From Dehalococcoidia bacterium (GTDB lineage: Bacteria > Chloroflexota > Dehalococcoidia > DSTF01 > JACRBR01): a stretch of DNA of 64,000 nt. The position numbers and the translations under genes were made by a program. Location: positions 1 through 64,000 of the forward strand of contig JBGQBE010000010.1 in the NCBI GenBank assembly GCA_041494685.1, written 5' to 3'. Shown in pieces: positions 1 to 9,547 of the stretch (its first letter is position 1; each line of letters opens with the position of its first letter). The notes below the pieces were generated by a model. It did no database searches, was not told the DNA's origin, and saw only the letters and a list, made by a program, of their open reading frames with translations.

Positions 1-543
1 CCACTCGTCGACATGCTCCGGCGGCAGGATCACCGGCATGCGGTCGTGTACGGGCGCCACCGTGCCGTTCGCCGCGGTCGTAAGGATCGTGAACGAGCGC
101 ACCCATGCGGCGCTCGCAGGGTCGCGCCATGATTCGTAGAGCCCCGCAAAGAGCAGCAGGTCCTCGCCGTGCGGCGGGTGGAACCAGACCGGGCGACGCG
201 CCTCCTTCGTGCCGATCCACTCGAAGAAGCCGTCGGCGGGCACGGCGCAGCGGCGCTCCAGGAACGCCTCGCGGAACGCCGGCCGCGTCAGCGCCGTCTC
301 CGACCGTGCGTTGATCTGCTTGAAGGCGCCCTTCGTGTCGTGCGCCCAGCTGTTGACCAGACCCCACTTCGCGGGCAGCAACTGCCGCTGCTCCTGCTTC
401 TGGCGCAGGATCCAGTGCGGGTCCGTCGGGGCGACGTTGTAGCGCGGCCGGTAGAGCGCGGCGTCCTCGTCGCGCACCTCCGCCTCCAGCGTCGCCGCCA
501 GCTGCCGGAAGTCGCGCCGCGTGAGCGTAAATCGCCCGCACAT
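1..543 (-). CDS. SOS response-associated peptidase (SRAP/YedK/HMCES family), 3' end runs off the window
   Basis: Absent from the ORF track. Reverse strand from 543 reads MCGRFTLT (catalytic Cys2); near position 1 it reads VAPVHDRMPVILPPEHVDEW, containing the SRAP HxRMPVIL motif. Confidence 0.93.
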   Translation of the reverse strand, partial: MCGRFTLTRRDFRQLAATLEAEVRDEDAALYRPRYNVAPTDPHWILRQKQEQRQLLPAKWGLVNSWAHDTKGAFKQINARSETALTRPAFREAFLERRCAVPADGFFEWIGTKEARRPVWFHPPHGEDLLLFAGLYESWRDPASAAWVRSFTILTTAANGTVAPVHDRMPVILPPEHVDEW

Positions 544-659
544 GCCGAATAGGGTAGCGGATCAGTCGCCTCGTGTTTGGTGATGAGCGGTGAGCGGGGG
601 ATGGCGCGTCGGTTCGGGAATCAGCCGCCCCAGTCACCAATCACCAGGCGACGAGTCGA

Positions 660-1043
660 TCAGTGTCGCACGATCGAGGGGCGGGCGCGTTCCGGGCGGA
701 ACTCCTTCCACACGGCGCGTGCCAGCAGATCCATGTCCACGATCTCGCCGAAGACGTAGCCGTCGCTCGCGTCGAAGTGCAGCAGCACCTGCTCGACGAT
801 CCAGTCGACGCGCTCATCCCACCAGACGCGCGGTATGTCGCGGACGCTGGCGCCGCGAGCCCGGACGTACGGGCTCATCTCGAGCGCGAAGTGCGCGAAG
901 TCCAGCGGCCCACCCTGGTCGAACGTCCAGCGCACGTGGCGGCAGTACTGCATCGGCAGGTTGTGCTCGCCGCAGATCGGGCAGCGCACCGCCTGCGCGC
1001 CTTCGCCCCCGCTGCCTTCTAGCCCGTTGACCAGCTTGCCCAT
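660..1043 (-). CDS. Hypothetical protein with CxxC...CxH putative metal-binding motif
   Basis: 127 aa ORF, GGAGG RBS upstream, host-like codon use, CPICGEHNLPMQYCRH. Confidence 0.7.
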   Translation of the reverse strand: MGKLVNGLEGSGGEGAQAVRCPICGEHNLPMQYCRHVRWTFDQGGPLDFAHFALEMSPYVRARGASVRDIPRVWWDERVDWIVEQVLLHFDASDGYVFGEIVDMDLLARAVWKEFRPERARPSIVRH

Positions 1044-1157
1044 CGCACCGCCTCCGCCCGCTCGACTACGGACACTGCTCCGTAGATCACAACGCGAAGC
1101 AGCAGCCGCGGTTACAGCTCGATTTGACGGCCGGAGCCGGGCGGAGCACCGCCGAAG

Positions 1158-2051
1158 CTACTTCTGGAGCGCGGGCAGGTGCTTCGCCGCGAACGCCTCG
1201 AAGATCGGCGCCGCGTTCGCCATGTGCTTCGGGTGCACCGCCAGGATCGCGTGCGCGACGCCCATCTCGCGGAGGGCGCCGAGCCGCTCCGCCGTCCTGT
1301 CCAGGTTGTCCGGCTTCAGCGTGCCGGCACCCTCGATCGCCAGCATCAGCTTCGCCGGGTCGCGTCCGGCCCGCGACGCCGCCTCCTTCGCGTGCTCGAA
1401 GCCGTCCGTCAGCGTCCCGAGCGACCCCGCCGTCGCGAGCCAGCCGTCGCCGTACTTGCCGACGCGCTCCAGCTGTTGCCGGCTCTCCCCGCCCAGCCAG
1501 ATCGGGATGCCGCCCGCCTGCACCGGCTTCGGGTTGCAGGCCCAGTCCACGCACTCGTAGAACTCGCCGCGGAACTGCACGAACTCCTCCGTCCAGAGCG
1601 CGCGGATCAGCTGTAGGCACTCGTCCATGCGCTTGCCGCGCCGCTCGAACGGCACCGACAGCGCCTCGTACTCCTGCTTCCACCAGCCGACGCCCGCGCC
1701 GAGCACGAACCGCCCGCCGGAGAGGAAGTCGATCGTGGCCATGATCTTCGCGTGCAGCACCGGCTGCCGCATCGGCAGCACCAGCACCGACGTCCCGATC
1801 CGCGCGCGCTTCGTGATCGCCGCCACGAACGCGAGCTGCGTCAGCGGCTCCAGGAAGTCCATCGTCGGCGGGAAGCCCAGCGTGCCGTCCGGCGAGTACG
1901 GGTACTTCGACTGCTGCTCCTTCTGCAGCACGACGTGGTCGAACACCCACAGGCCGTCGAACCCCGCGTCGTCCGCCGCCCGCGCGAACGTGGCCATCGT
2001 CTCGCGCGCCGCCAGCGGGCCTACTTGCGGGATGTGTACGCCGATCTCCAT
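1158..2051 (-). CDS. LLM-class flavin/F420-dependent oxidoreductase (Rv2161c-like)
   Basis: MEIGVHIPQ start after AAGGAG; GFDGLWVFDHVV, RIGTSVLVLPMRQP, LSGGRFVLGAGVGW, PIWLGG. Confidence 0.9.
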   Translation of the reverse strand: MEIGVHIPQVGPLAARETMATFARAADDAGFDGLWVFDHVVLQKEQQSKYPYSPDGTLGFPPTMDFLEPLTQLAFVAAITKRARIGTSVLVLPMRQPVLHAKIMATIDFLSGGRFVLGAGVGWWKQEYEALSVPFERRGKRMDECLQLIRALWTEEFVQFRGEFYECVDWACNPKPVQAGGIPIWLGGESRQQLERVGKYGDGWLATAGSLGTLTDGFEHAKEAASRAGRDPAKLMLAIEGAGTLKPDNLDRTAERLGALREMGVAHAILAVHPKHMANAAPIFEAFAAKHLPALQK

Positions 2052-2173
2052 GCACCGCTCCTTCTTGTGTAGGCTGAAAGTTGCAGAGACAGTAGCGCGC
2101 GCGCCGCGTATGATCGAACCAGCGGTCCGCACCGTGGAGGCGCAGTCCGCCGCGCCCGGAAACGAGGGTCCAG

Positions 2174-2977
2174 ATGCCGAAGCGACAGGTAAACGGGGTC
2201 GAGCTGTTCTACGAGCGCCACGGCGACGCGGGCGAGCCGCTGGTGCTCGTGCACGGCTACACCGGCGACGCCACCGACTGGCGCTTCCAGGTCGCGGAGT
2301 TCTCCCGCACGCACCGCGTGCTCGTCATCGAGCACCGCGGCCACGGCCGCTCCGAGGCGCCCGTCGATCGCTCGCTCTACACCATCCTCAACATGGCGGA
2401 CGACGTCGAGGCCCTGGCGTTGCACGCCGGATTCGGCCGCTATCACCTCGTCGGACACTCGATGGGTGGCGTCGTCGCGCAGGAGATCGCGCTGCGCAGC
2501 CCCGGCCGCGTCCGGTCGCTCGTGCTGCACGACACCGGACACACCTTCGCGCCGTCGGACGCCGGGGCGCAGTACATGAAATACATGGAGTTGGCCCACA
2601 AGATCGCCCGGGAGCAGGGCATGGCCGCGTTGGCCAAGCTCATGACGAACCTCCCTTCGCCGCCGCACACGACGGCGGAGCGGAAGAAGGAGTCGGAGGA
2701 GCGGCTGTCGCGGATGTCCCTCGACGCCTACATCGGCGCCTGGGGCGCGCTCACAAGCTGGGCCGGCTCCACGGACCGCCTCGCCGCCATCGATCTCCCC
2801 ACGACCGTGATCTGCGGCGAGCTCGACGAGATGCTGATCGCCGCCGCGCGCTTCTTCGCGGAGACGATCCCCGGCGCCGTGCTCGAGATGATCCCGGAAG
2901 CCGGCCACTCGCCCCAGTACGAGCGCCCCGACCTCTTCAACGCCGCCCTGCGCCGCCACCTCGCCCGCGCCACCTAG
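2174..2977 (+). CDS. Alpha/beta-fold hydrolase
   Basis: LVHGY, HRGHGRS, GHSMGG nucleophile elbow, GELD and AGHSP. Confidence 0.92.
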   Translation: MPKRQVNGVELFYERHGDAGEPLVLVHGYTGDATDWRFQVAEFSRTHRVLVIEHRGHGRSEAPVDRSLYTILNMADDVEALALHAGFGRYHLVGHSMGGVVAQEIALRSPGRVRSLVLHDTGHTFAPSDAGAQYMKYMELAHKIAREQGMAALAKLMTNLPSPPHTTAERKKESEERLSRMSLDAYIGAWGALTSWAGSTDRLAAIDLPTTVICGELDEMLIAAARFFAETIPGAVLEMIPEAGHSPQYERPDLFNAALRRHLARAT

Positions 2978-3147
2978 CTCGTGGCGGCGCCGGCAAACGT
3001 CCACCAGGGCGACATCTTCGCCCTCTCGCGCCAGCGCAGGCGCGTCGCCGCCCTTCGCCGCCGCAGCATCACAGAGCCGAAAGACCCGGTGGGACTCTCA
3101 TTGCGAGTGGGCCAAAGATCGGCGGGGCAGGTCACGATGGCGAATCT

Positions 3148-3582
3148 CTATAGACTCTCAAGCCGGCAGAACGCGGCGCTCGTGACGTAGCGGATGTTCT
3201 CAATCAGGCAAGCCGCCTGGACTCCGGCATCATCTGAAAGAACAACCCACTCCTTGTCCTCGTAGTACTTGGCCAAACACACAACAACTGGATCGGCAGC
3301 GCCCGGCTTGTCACCGAGGTAGTAGACATGATCGCGGCTGATTCGGCCGAGATCGACGGTATTCTCGTTGGTGGCCTTCAACTCGCACTCCTTGAGGTGT
3401 CGATCGATCCAGCCTTTGAGCTTGTCATCACGCCGCCGGATCTCGCGGGCGACCGGATCGGCGATCTTGATGCGTCCACCTTTCGCCAGCTTGGTTAGAT
3501 CCCGAGGCTTGGCTAGCGCCCGCTTCGGCGAAATAAGCGTGATGAGTGCTGAGCTGTCTGCGATATAAACAAACTCACTCAT
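3148..3582 (-). CDS. DUF4411-like PIN-domain protein (putative toxin/nuclease)
   Basis: YIADSSALI at the N-terminus, ADPVVVCLA, VLSDD, terminal ACLIENIRYV; 4 bp downstream of the ImmA/IrrE gene; lower GC than flanks. Confidence 0.7.
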   Translation of the reverse strand: MSEFVYIADSSALITLISPKRALAKPRDLTKLAKGGRIKIADPVAREIRRRDDKLKGWIDRHLKECELKATNENTVDLGRISRDHVYYLGDKPGAADPVVVCLAKYYEDKEWVVLSDDAGVQAACLIENIRYVTSAAFCRLESL

Positions 3583-3586
3583 GCCC

Positions 3587-4768
3587 TCAGCCGATCAACG
3601 TTTCTACATCACTGACCTTTAGATCCAAAAGGCGAGACAGCTCTGAAACCGATACGGCCTCAGAATCGACCGCTTGTTTGCTCAGCGCGATCGTACGGCT
3701 CCCCAAGTACCGCCTGTACCTCTGCCAGACCGGGCGGTTCTTAGCCCGCACGAACTTAGAGCGGGGCCGCCAGAGCGAACTCACCCCGGCATCCTGCACC
3801 ACTCCTAGCTGCTCAAGTCTTATCCCTATTACGCCGTGGCTGACGTTAAGCAGTCTTCGGAGCCACCGGCGGTCAGCGGCCGGCCAGTCTTGATATCGAG
3901 GACTTGGTATTACGTCTGGCAGTTCTGGGAGCAAAATGGACTTCGGAACAAGAGCAGCCCCGGCTAACCGGTTGCACAACCTCTCTTCGCGGAGGTTCGT
4001 CGGCGCCGATGGGTCGCAGATGTTAGTGTTGCTCTTGTGCGTTGAGAAGGCGAGATGTCCGAGCTCATGCACCAGGGAGAACAGTTGAGCCGATGTCGTG
4101 TCGGCGCTATTCAACAGCAGCGCTGGAGGCGCTCCCGGATCCCAGCGTGAGGCTCCACGACATTCATCCACCGCCATCGGCTGCGAAAACACGAAGACCC
4201 CGACCATTTCGATGCCATCGCGCCAAGCAGAGAGGGCTTGCTCGTCGCTTGCCCATTTGCGCTGCACGTGGTCTGTTATGCCAGCCGCATCGCGTAGCGC
4301 GATGGCGAGGTCTTCCACATCGCTATCAGTCTGAACGGAAGACAATGATCGGGTCGGGAGCTTCACGTCTTCAGCGATGCTCAACGCCGCGCCAACACGC
4401 TTCGCCACTTGGTAATAGCTCGTGAAGCGGCTTAACCGCTCAAGGGTTCCGTAGGACATTGACGCGGTCGATCCGGACGGTCCGCGACGAAAGTCTGTTA
4501 CATGCGCTGGCGGGAGGGCGTCTTGGAATAGTGCGACGAACGGTATCAGGTACAGCTGCGCAAGAAGCTCGCCCTGCAGAAGGGTCGGCTCCTCCAGGCC
4601 CGCTTCCCAAGCGCGCAGAGCCTCGACTGAGACTGCGGCCGCGTGCTCCTTCTTGAGTCGCTTGTTGAGCTGCGCCGTCGCATCCTCGAGCGACAGATTC
4701 GCCCTCCTGCGCGCTTCGCGGACGACACGGGAGCTCGTACGAAGTCGCGCCGGAGCGTCGTTCGGCAA
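3587..4768 (-). CDS. XRE-HTH + ImmA/IrrE (M78) metallo-endopeptidase
   Basis: N-terminal HTH (REARRRANLS...WEAG..EPT), FSLVHELGHL zinc motif, ERLCNRLAGAALVP; TTG start with GAGGGGG upstream. Confidence 0.88.
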   Translation of the reverse strand: MPNDAPARLRTSSRVVREARRRANLSLEDATAQLNKRLKKEHAAAVSVEALRAWEAGLEEPTLLQGELLAQLYLIPFVALFQDALPPAHVTDFRRGPSGSTASMSYGTLERLSRFTSYYQVAKRVGAALSIAEDVKLPTRSLSSVQTDSDVEDLAIALRDAAGITDHVQRKWASDEQALSAWRDGIEMVGVFVFSQPMAVDECRGASRWDPGAPPALLLNSADTTSAQLFSLVHELGHLAFSTHKSNTNICDPSAPTNLREERLCNRLAGAALVPKSILLPELPDVIPSPRYQDWPAADRRWLRRLLNVSHGVIGIRLEQLGVVQDAGVSSLWRPRSKFVRAKNRPVWQRYRRYLGSRTIALSKQAVDSEAVSVSELSRLLDLKVSDVETLIG

Positions 4769-4949
4769 GAAACACCCCCTCGGGACGTGAGTTTACCCCG
4801 AAAACCCACTGCAGGGGGACGTTTCCCGCTCATCGAGAGAGCGATGAAGCTTCCGCGACCCGCGTCGTGAGATTTGGGGCGGCTACTTTGCCCCCCACCG
4901 CGTTCGCGCTCGGGGTTCCTGCTGCTCAGCCTCGCGGTAGAATTCCAGC

Positions 4950-5495
4950 ATGGCGCTTGACTACCCTGATTGGATCTACTACCCGAATCGAACCCGCCCG
5001 CCGGAATGGGTCCACGACTTCATTGCCGTGGTCCGCAACTCACGCACAGACATCGATTCCGTCAAAGTGGCCTCTCTCGTCAGCGACCGCGTGTTGTCAC
5101 ATCTGCGTCCTGGACTTGAGCAACTCGGGTATCAGGTGGAGACGGGGAAGAAGATGGAAGATCGCATCCGTCGCCCCGTGCTCTTCGGCCCTGGTGGGGA
5201 AGCACGCGTTACCTATGAAGTAGACGCAGTGCATGATGGCTTGGGAATCCTGGTGGAGGTGGAAGCAGGACGTGGAGCACGCGGCAACGCCGTCTATCGC
5301 GACCTTATCCGTACATCGCTTATCGTCGATGCGCGATACCTCGTTCTAGGAGTCATGCGTGAGTATCATCATTTGAGTTCTGGTCGGAAAATTGTCGTAA
5401 ATAGCTATGCCGACACGCGTGACCAGATCGACGCTATCTTCGCCAGCGGAAGCCTCGCGCTTCCGTTCGAAGGTGTGTTGCTATTCGGCTATTGA
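4950..5495 (+). CDS. Putative restriction-endonuclease-fold protein (D...ExE motif)
   Basis: YEVDAVH...ILVEVEAGRG..NAVYRDL resembles the BamHI/BglII-type catalytic core; TAGAAT 6 nt before the ATG. Confidence 0.55.
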   Translation: MALDYPDWIYYPNRTRPPEWVHDFIAVVRNSRTDIDSVKVASLVSDRVLSHLRPGLEQLGYQVETGKKMEDRIRRPVLFGPGGEARVTYEVDAVHDGLGILVEVEAGRGARGNAVYRDLIRTSLIVDARYLVLGVMREYHHLSSGRKIVVNSYADTRDQIDAIFASGSLALPFEGVLLFGY

Positions 5496-5729
5496 GAATT
5501 CCCAGTTCCCGGTTGTCCGCTCACCGCTGGAGATTCATCCTTCGACGCCGGGTGGTGCAGCTCCTCTATTGCCTGACGAAGTGACATCGAGCACACAGCA
5601 ACAGGCCGCCGGGTGGGGGACGCATTGCCCGCGCCTTATCTCCTATCCCCAACGCAGCTTGACCCACCTTTTCGCCTGTTCCTACACCGCCCGCCTCGAG
5701 CGCCCCGCCATAGTCGGCCCCTCCAGCCC

Positions 5730-6050
5730 TCACTCCCCGAACACCCGCTGCGACGCGCCGTCGATCTGGCTGCGCAGCCGCGCCAGCCGCTCGGCGTCCA
5801 TACCGTCTCTGATCGCCGCGCCCGTCTCATCGTCGGACGGCACGTACGTGAAGGGGTCCGGCCCGCGGCATACCAGGCGCGCCGCCACGGTCTCCTCCAG
5901 CGTCTCGATCATCGTCTCCTCGCTCACGCGCAGCAGGTGGCGCACCACCTCGTAGCGCAGCGGCGCCTCGGCGGCGGCCACCAGGTCCGCCAGGCGGCGG
6001 GCGGCGGCCGACAGCGTCAGCAACTCCTCGGCGCGGAGCGGTCCGTCCAT
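5730..6050 (-). CDS. Small hypothetical protein resembling an isolated winged-helix segment of STAND/AAA_16 ATPases
   Basis: MDGPLRAEELLTLSAAARRL...EETMIETLEETVAARLV...; TACACT 6 nt before ATG 6050. Confidence 0.6.
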   Translation of the reverse strand: MDGPLRAEELLTLSAAARRLADLVAAAEAPLRYEVVRHLLRVSEETMIETLEETVAARLVCRGPDPFTYVPSDDETGAAIRDGMDAERLARLRSQIDGASQRVFGE

Positions 6051-6089
6051 GGCGTGAGTGTACACCCGTATTCGCGTACCATGCCCCGC

Positions 6090-6779
6090 ATGGCAGAGAT
6101 CCAGGGCCCCGCGTACGCCATCGTCGTCGCGGCGGGCCGCAGCGAGCGGATGGGCGGCGTCGACAAGGTGCTGGCGCCGCTCGTCGGGCGGCCGTTGCTG
6201 GCGTGGACGCTGGCCGCATTCAAGCAGTGCGACGCCATCGAGCGCGTCGTCGTCGTCGCCTCCGAGGCCTCGCTCGACCGCGTCGATGCGCTGGTGCGCG
6301 AGTGGCGCTTCACGAAGGTGACGGACATCGTGCCCGGCGGCGCGACGCGCCAGGCGTCCGTGCGCGCCGGCATCGACGCGGCCCCGGGCGCGGCGATCGT
6401 CGCGGTGCACGACGCCGCGCGCCCGCTCGTCACGCCGGAGCTGATCGCCCGCGGCGTGCAGCTGGCGCGCGCGACCGGCGCGGCGCTCTGCGCCATCCCG
6501 TCACGCGACACCGTGAAGGACGTCGAGGACCGCATCGTGCGCGCCACGCCTGATCGCGCGCGCATGTGGCTCGCGCAGACGCCGCAGGTGTTCGACCGGG
6601 CGCTGCTGCTGGAGGCGCACGAGCGCGCGACCGACGATGCCACCGACGACGCGGCGCTGGTGGAGGCGCTGGGGCGCGACGTGCACGTGTACGAGGGCGC
6701 GGCGTCGAACGTGAAGATCACCACGCCCGACGACATGATCATCGCCGAAGCGCTGCTGCGGGACCGGCTGGTGAACTAG
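6090..6779 (+). CDS. ispD: 2-C-methyl-D-erythritol 4-phosphate cytidylyltransferase
   Basis: AAGRSERMG..DK, GGATRQASV, VHDAARP, AQTPQVF, TDDAALVE, NVKITTPDD. Confidence 0.96.
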   Translation: MAEIQGPAYAIVVAAGRSERMGGVDKVLAPLVGRPLLAWTLAAFKQCDAIERVVVVASEASLDRVDALVREWRFTKVTDIVPGGATRQASVRAGIDAAPGAAIVAVHDAARPLVTPELIARGVQLARATGAALCAIPSRDTVKDVEDRIVRATPDRARMWLAQTPQVFDRALLLEAHERATDDATDDAALVEALGRDVHVYEGAASNVKITTPDDMIIAEALLRDRLVN

Positions 6780-7453
6780 CCGGCGGGCTTCGGCGGGATG
6801 ATCAGCACCTGGCCGATCTGCAGGTTCGTCGGGTCGATGCCGGGGTTCGCGCCGAGCAGCGCTTCCACCGTGATGCCGAACTTCGTCGCGATCGTCGCCG
6901 GGTAGTCGCCCGACTGCACCGTGTACGTCTGCCCCAGCGACGACGGCGTGTTCGTCGCGGCCGGCGCGGGCGTGTCCGTCGGCGCCGCCTCCGTCGCCGG
7001 CGCGAAGGTCGCCGGCGCGAAGGTCGCCGGCGCGAATGTCGCGGCTGCGGCGGTCGGCGTCTTCGCGGCGGCCGTCGCCGGCGCGGCGGTCGCGGGTATC
7101 GCGGTCGGCGCCTCGGTGGACACCGGCAGTTTGAGCGACTGCCCGATGGAGAGCCTCGACGCGCTCACGTCCGGGTTCGCCGCGAGCAGCTCTTCCAGGC
7201 TCACGCCGAACTTCGCGGCGATGCCCGCCAGCGTGTCGCCGTCCTTGACGGTGTAGCTGCCACCGCCCCCCGACTGCACCGCGCCGCTGCCGATGATGCG
7301 CGGCTGCGGCAGCGTCGCGGGCAGCGTCGCCGTGGCGATCTTGCTGCTGTCCGGCGCCTTGGTGCCCGACGACCCGCCACCGCACGCGGCGGCCGCCACG
7401 GCCAGGACGGTCATGCAGCAGGCAGCGGCGGGAAGGACTCGGCTGAGTCGCAC
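6776..7453 (-). CDS. Lipoprotein with two LysM domains and Ala/Thr/Pro linker
   Basis: GTG start after GGAGG; lipobox AVAAAAC; YTVKDGDTLAGIAAKFGV and YTVQSGDYPATIATKFGI. Confidence 0.9.
   Translation of the reverse strand: MRLSRVLPAAACCMTVLAVAAAACGGGSSGTKAPDSSKIATATLPATLPQPRIIGSGAVQSGGGGSYTVKDGDTLAGIAAKFGVSLEELLAANPDVSASRLSIGQSLKLPVSTEAPTAIPATAAPATAAAKTPTAAAATFAPATFAPATFAPATEAAPTDTPAPAATNTPSSLGQTYTVQSGDYPATIATKFGITVEALLGANPGIDPTNLQIGQVLIIPPKPAG
6993..7042. repeat. 15-bp coding tandem repeat, about 3.3 copies (ATFAP)
   Basis: gtcgccggcgcgaa(g/t) three times inside the LysM linker. Confidence 0.85.
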
Positions 7454-7545
7454 TGTGTGCCTCCGGAATGGTGATGGAACCGCCGGGATCGTATCGGAGC
7501 CTGCGGGGGCGGGCAAACGCGCGCCGGCCCCGAATCCCTGCCGCC

Positions 7546-8859
7546 TCAGCCGCCCGCGTCCAGCGCCTGCAGCGTGCCGATGGCCACGGCCACCGTCTCG
7601 CGCAGCGAGGCGGCATCGATGCGGTCGATGGCGTCGGCCGGCGTGTGGATCAGCGGGTCGTTGCGGTAGAGCATCACCACCGGCACGCCCGCGTCCTGGA
7701 AGCTCAGGTGGTCGCTGCCCGCGCCCTTCGGCAGCTCCGCCACCGTCGCTGTCACGCCGAGCTTCTGCGCCACCACGCGCGCGGTGTCCACCATGTCGGG
7801 GCTGCCGATCAGCTCCAGCGGCTGCGCCACGCCCACGACATCGAGGTTGATCATCACGCGCAGCGCCGTGACGTCGGCCGGCGCCATCGCCTGCACGAAC
7901 GCCTTGCTGCCGAAGAGGCCGAACTCCTCGGCGCTGAACAACACGAAGCAGTTCGCGCCGGGCAGTCGCAACGCCGCCGCCACCCGCGCCGTCTCGATCA
8001 CGCTCGCCGACCCGGCGGCGTTGTCGTCGGCGCCGCCGGTCACCGCCACGCTGTCGTAGTGGCCGCCCGTGATCGTCGTGCAGGTGGTGACGCCCTTCGG
8101 CTTCGCGACGACGTTGTACGCCGTACCCTTCGGCGGCGAGACCGTGATCTTCGCGTCGACCGGGCTCGCCGCCGCGCGCGCGGCCAGCGCCTCGCCGTCG
8201 GCCTGGCTGATGCTGACCACCGGGATTGTCGATGGGCCTCTGAGGTCGCCCAGCACGCGGCCCGCGACGTTGTTGTAGATGATCACGCCGGCCGCACCGG
8301 CCGCCAGCGCATTCTGCGCCTTCTCCGCGAATTCGATCTCCCCGCGCTGCACCAGCGCGATGCCCCCGGCGACGCCCCCCGGCGGATAGTCGCTCGGCCG
8401 GCCCAGTCCGGCGCCGATGATGCGCCCCGCCGCCGATCCGGAAGGCGATCCCGCCAGCGCGATCGCCTGCAGCGCGTCGGTCCCCACATCCACCCGCGCC
8501 GGCAGGAACGCGCTCGCGTCGAAGGCGAAGTCCTGCACCGTGACATCGTAGCCGTACCCGGCCAGCAGGGCCTTGATCTCGTCGCGCGCCGCGATCTCCG
8601 CGGGCGTGCCCGCGGGCCGCGGCCCGATCTCGACCGCGAGCTTCCGCACGACGTCGTACGCGCGTTGCCCGTCGGGCGACGGTGCGCCGAGCGTGTCGGG
8701 CGAGGCGGTGGGCGTGGGTTGCGCCGCGGGCGCGGCAGTGGCGATCGTGGTGGCGGCGAGGGGCACCGACGCCTTGCTGCTGCCGCCGCATGCGGCGAGC
8801 AACACCGCAAACGCGGCTATCAGTGCGAGGGCGATGCGGCGGTGCGTGCGCAGTGACAT
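7546..8859 (-). CDS. M28 family aminopeptidase lipoprotein with PA domain
   Basis: Lipobox LLAAC; IALVQRG..F..K..NA..AGA.GVIIYNN (PA); GGHYDS, GADDNAAG, SAEEFG, NLD, SDH, IHTPAD. Confidence 0.92.
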   Translation of the reverse strand: MSLRTHRRIALALIAAFAVLLAACGGSSKASVPLAATTIATAAPAAQPTPTASPDTLGAPSPDGQRAYDVVRKLAVEIGPRPAGTPAEIAARDEIKALLAGYGYDVTVQDFAFDASAFLPARVDVGTDALQAIALAGSPSGSAAGRIIGAGLGRPSDYPPGGVAGGIALVQRGEIEFAEKAQNALAAGAAGVIIYNNVAGRVLGDLRGPSTIPVVSISQADGEALAARAAASPVDAKITVSPPKGTAYNVVAKPKGVTTCTTITGGHYDSVAVTGGADDNAAGSASVIETARVAAALRLPGANCFVLFSAEEFGLFGSKAFVQAMAPADVTALRVMINLDVVGVAQPLELIGSPDMVDTARVVAQKLGVTATVAELPKGAGSDHLSFQDAGVPVVMLYRNDPLIHTPADAIDRIDAASLRETVAVAIGTLQALDAGG

Positions 8860-8905
8860 TCTCCCGGTGACGGGGCGCGGGTGCGGTCCAGTATACGCGG
8901 GCGGA

Positions 8906-9343
8906 TTAGCGGCGGCGGCGGCGCCACCAATCGCGCAGGCGGCTGGCCGGTCCTGGCTCGGAGTAGTCAATCACCTGGCCACGCCAGCGCTTCTGCGTCG
9001 GACCGCCGGCGATCGTGCGGCGGCTGTCGCCGTTGATCACGGCCAGCGCGAACGCGCCGATGGTCAGCACCAGGCCCAGCAGCAGCACCGGTGTCCGGAA
9101 GCTCCCGAGCGAGTGCGGCGCGATGTATCCCAGCAGCAGCAGCAGGACGCCTGCCAGCATCACGTGCCCGAGGCTCAGCCGCCGCGCGCGGCTCCAGATC
9201 CGGTCGATCAGGGTCGGCCCGGAGGCGGCCTTACGGCGGCTCTGCCGCTTCGAGGCAAGCCGCTCTTCGGGCACGAAGCTATCGAGCTTGTCGAGCAGCT
9301 CCTCGATCTCGCGCTTGACCTTGTCGGATTCGTGCTGGGGCAT
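8906..9343 (-). CDS. Hypothetical two-TM membrane protein
   Basis: 145 aa ORF with GGGAG RBS, two hydrophobic stretches and a KRWRGQVIDY C-terminal motif. Confidence 0.7.
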   Translation of the reverse strand: MPQHESDKVKREIEELLDKLDSFVPEERLASKRQSRRKAASGPTLIDRIWSRARRLSLGHVMLAGVLLLLLGYIAPHSLGSFRTPVLLLGLVLTIGAFALAVINGDSRRTIAGGPTQKRWRGQVIDYSEPGPASRLRDWWRRRRR

Positions 9344-9547
9344 CTGCCGGGGTCTCCCGTGTGGTACGCGTCATTGTACCGCAGGCCGGGTTCCCCCCGC
9401 CCGGGTTGCGTCAGCGTACGTATCGGTCAAGCGCCCCCGACAGTTTACCGAGAGCTTACGCTCCGTTACCCCAACATGCGTCGCTGGCGGGCTACGATGC
9501 CGTTGTTACCGGTGGAGGTGTCGATGATGAAGATAGGAGTACTCACC

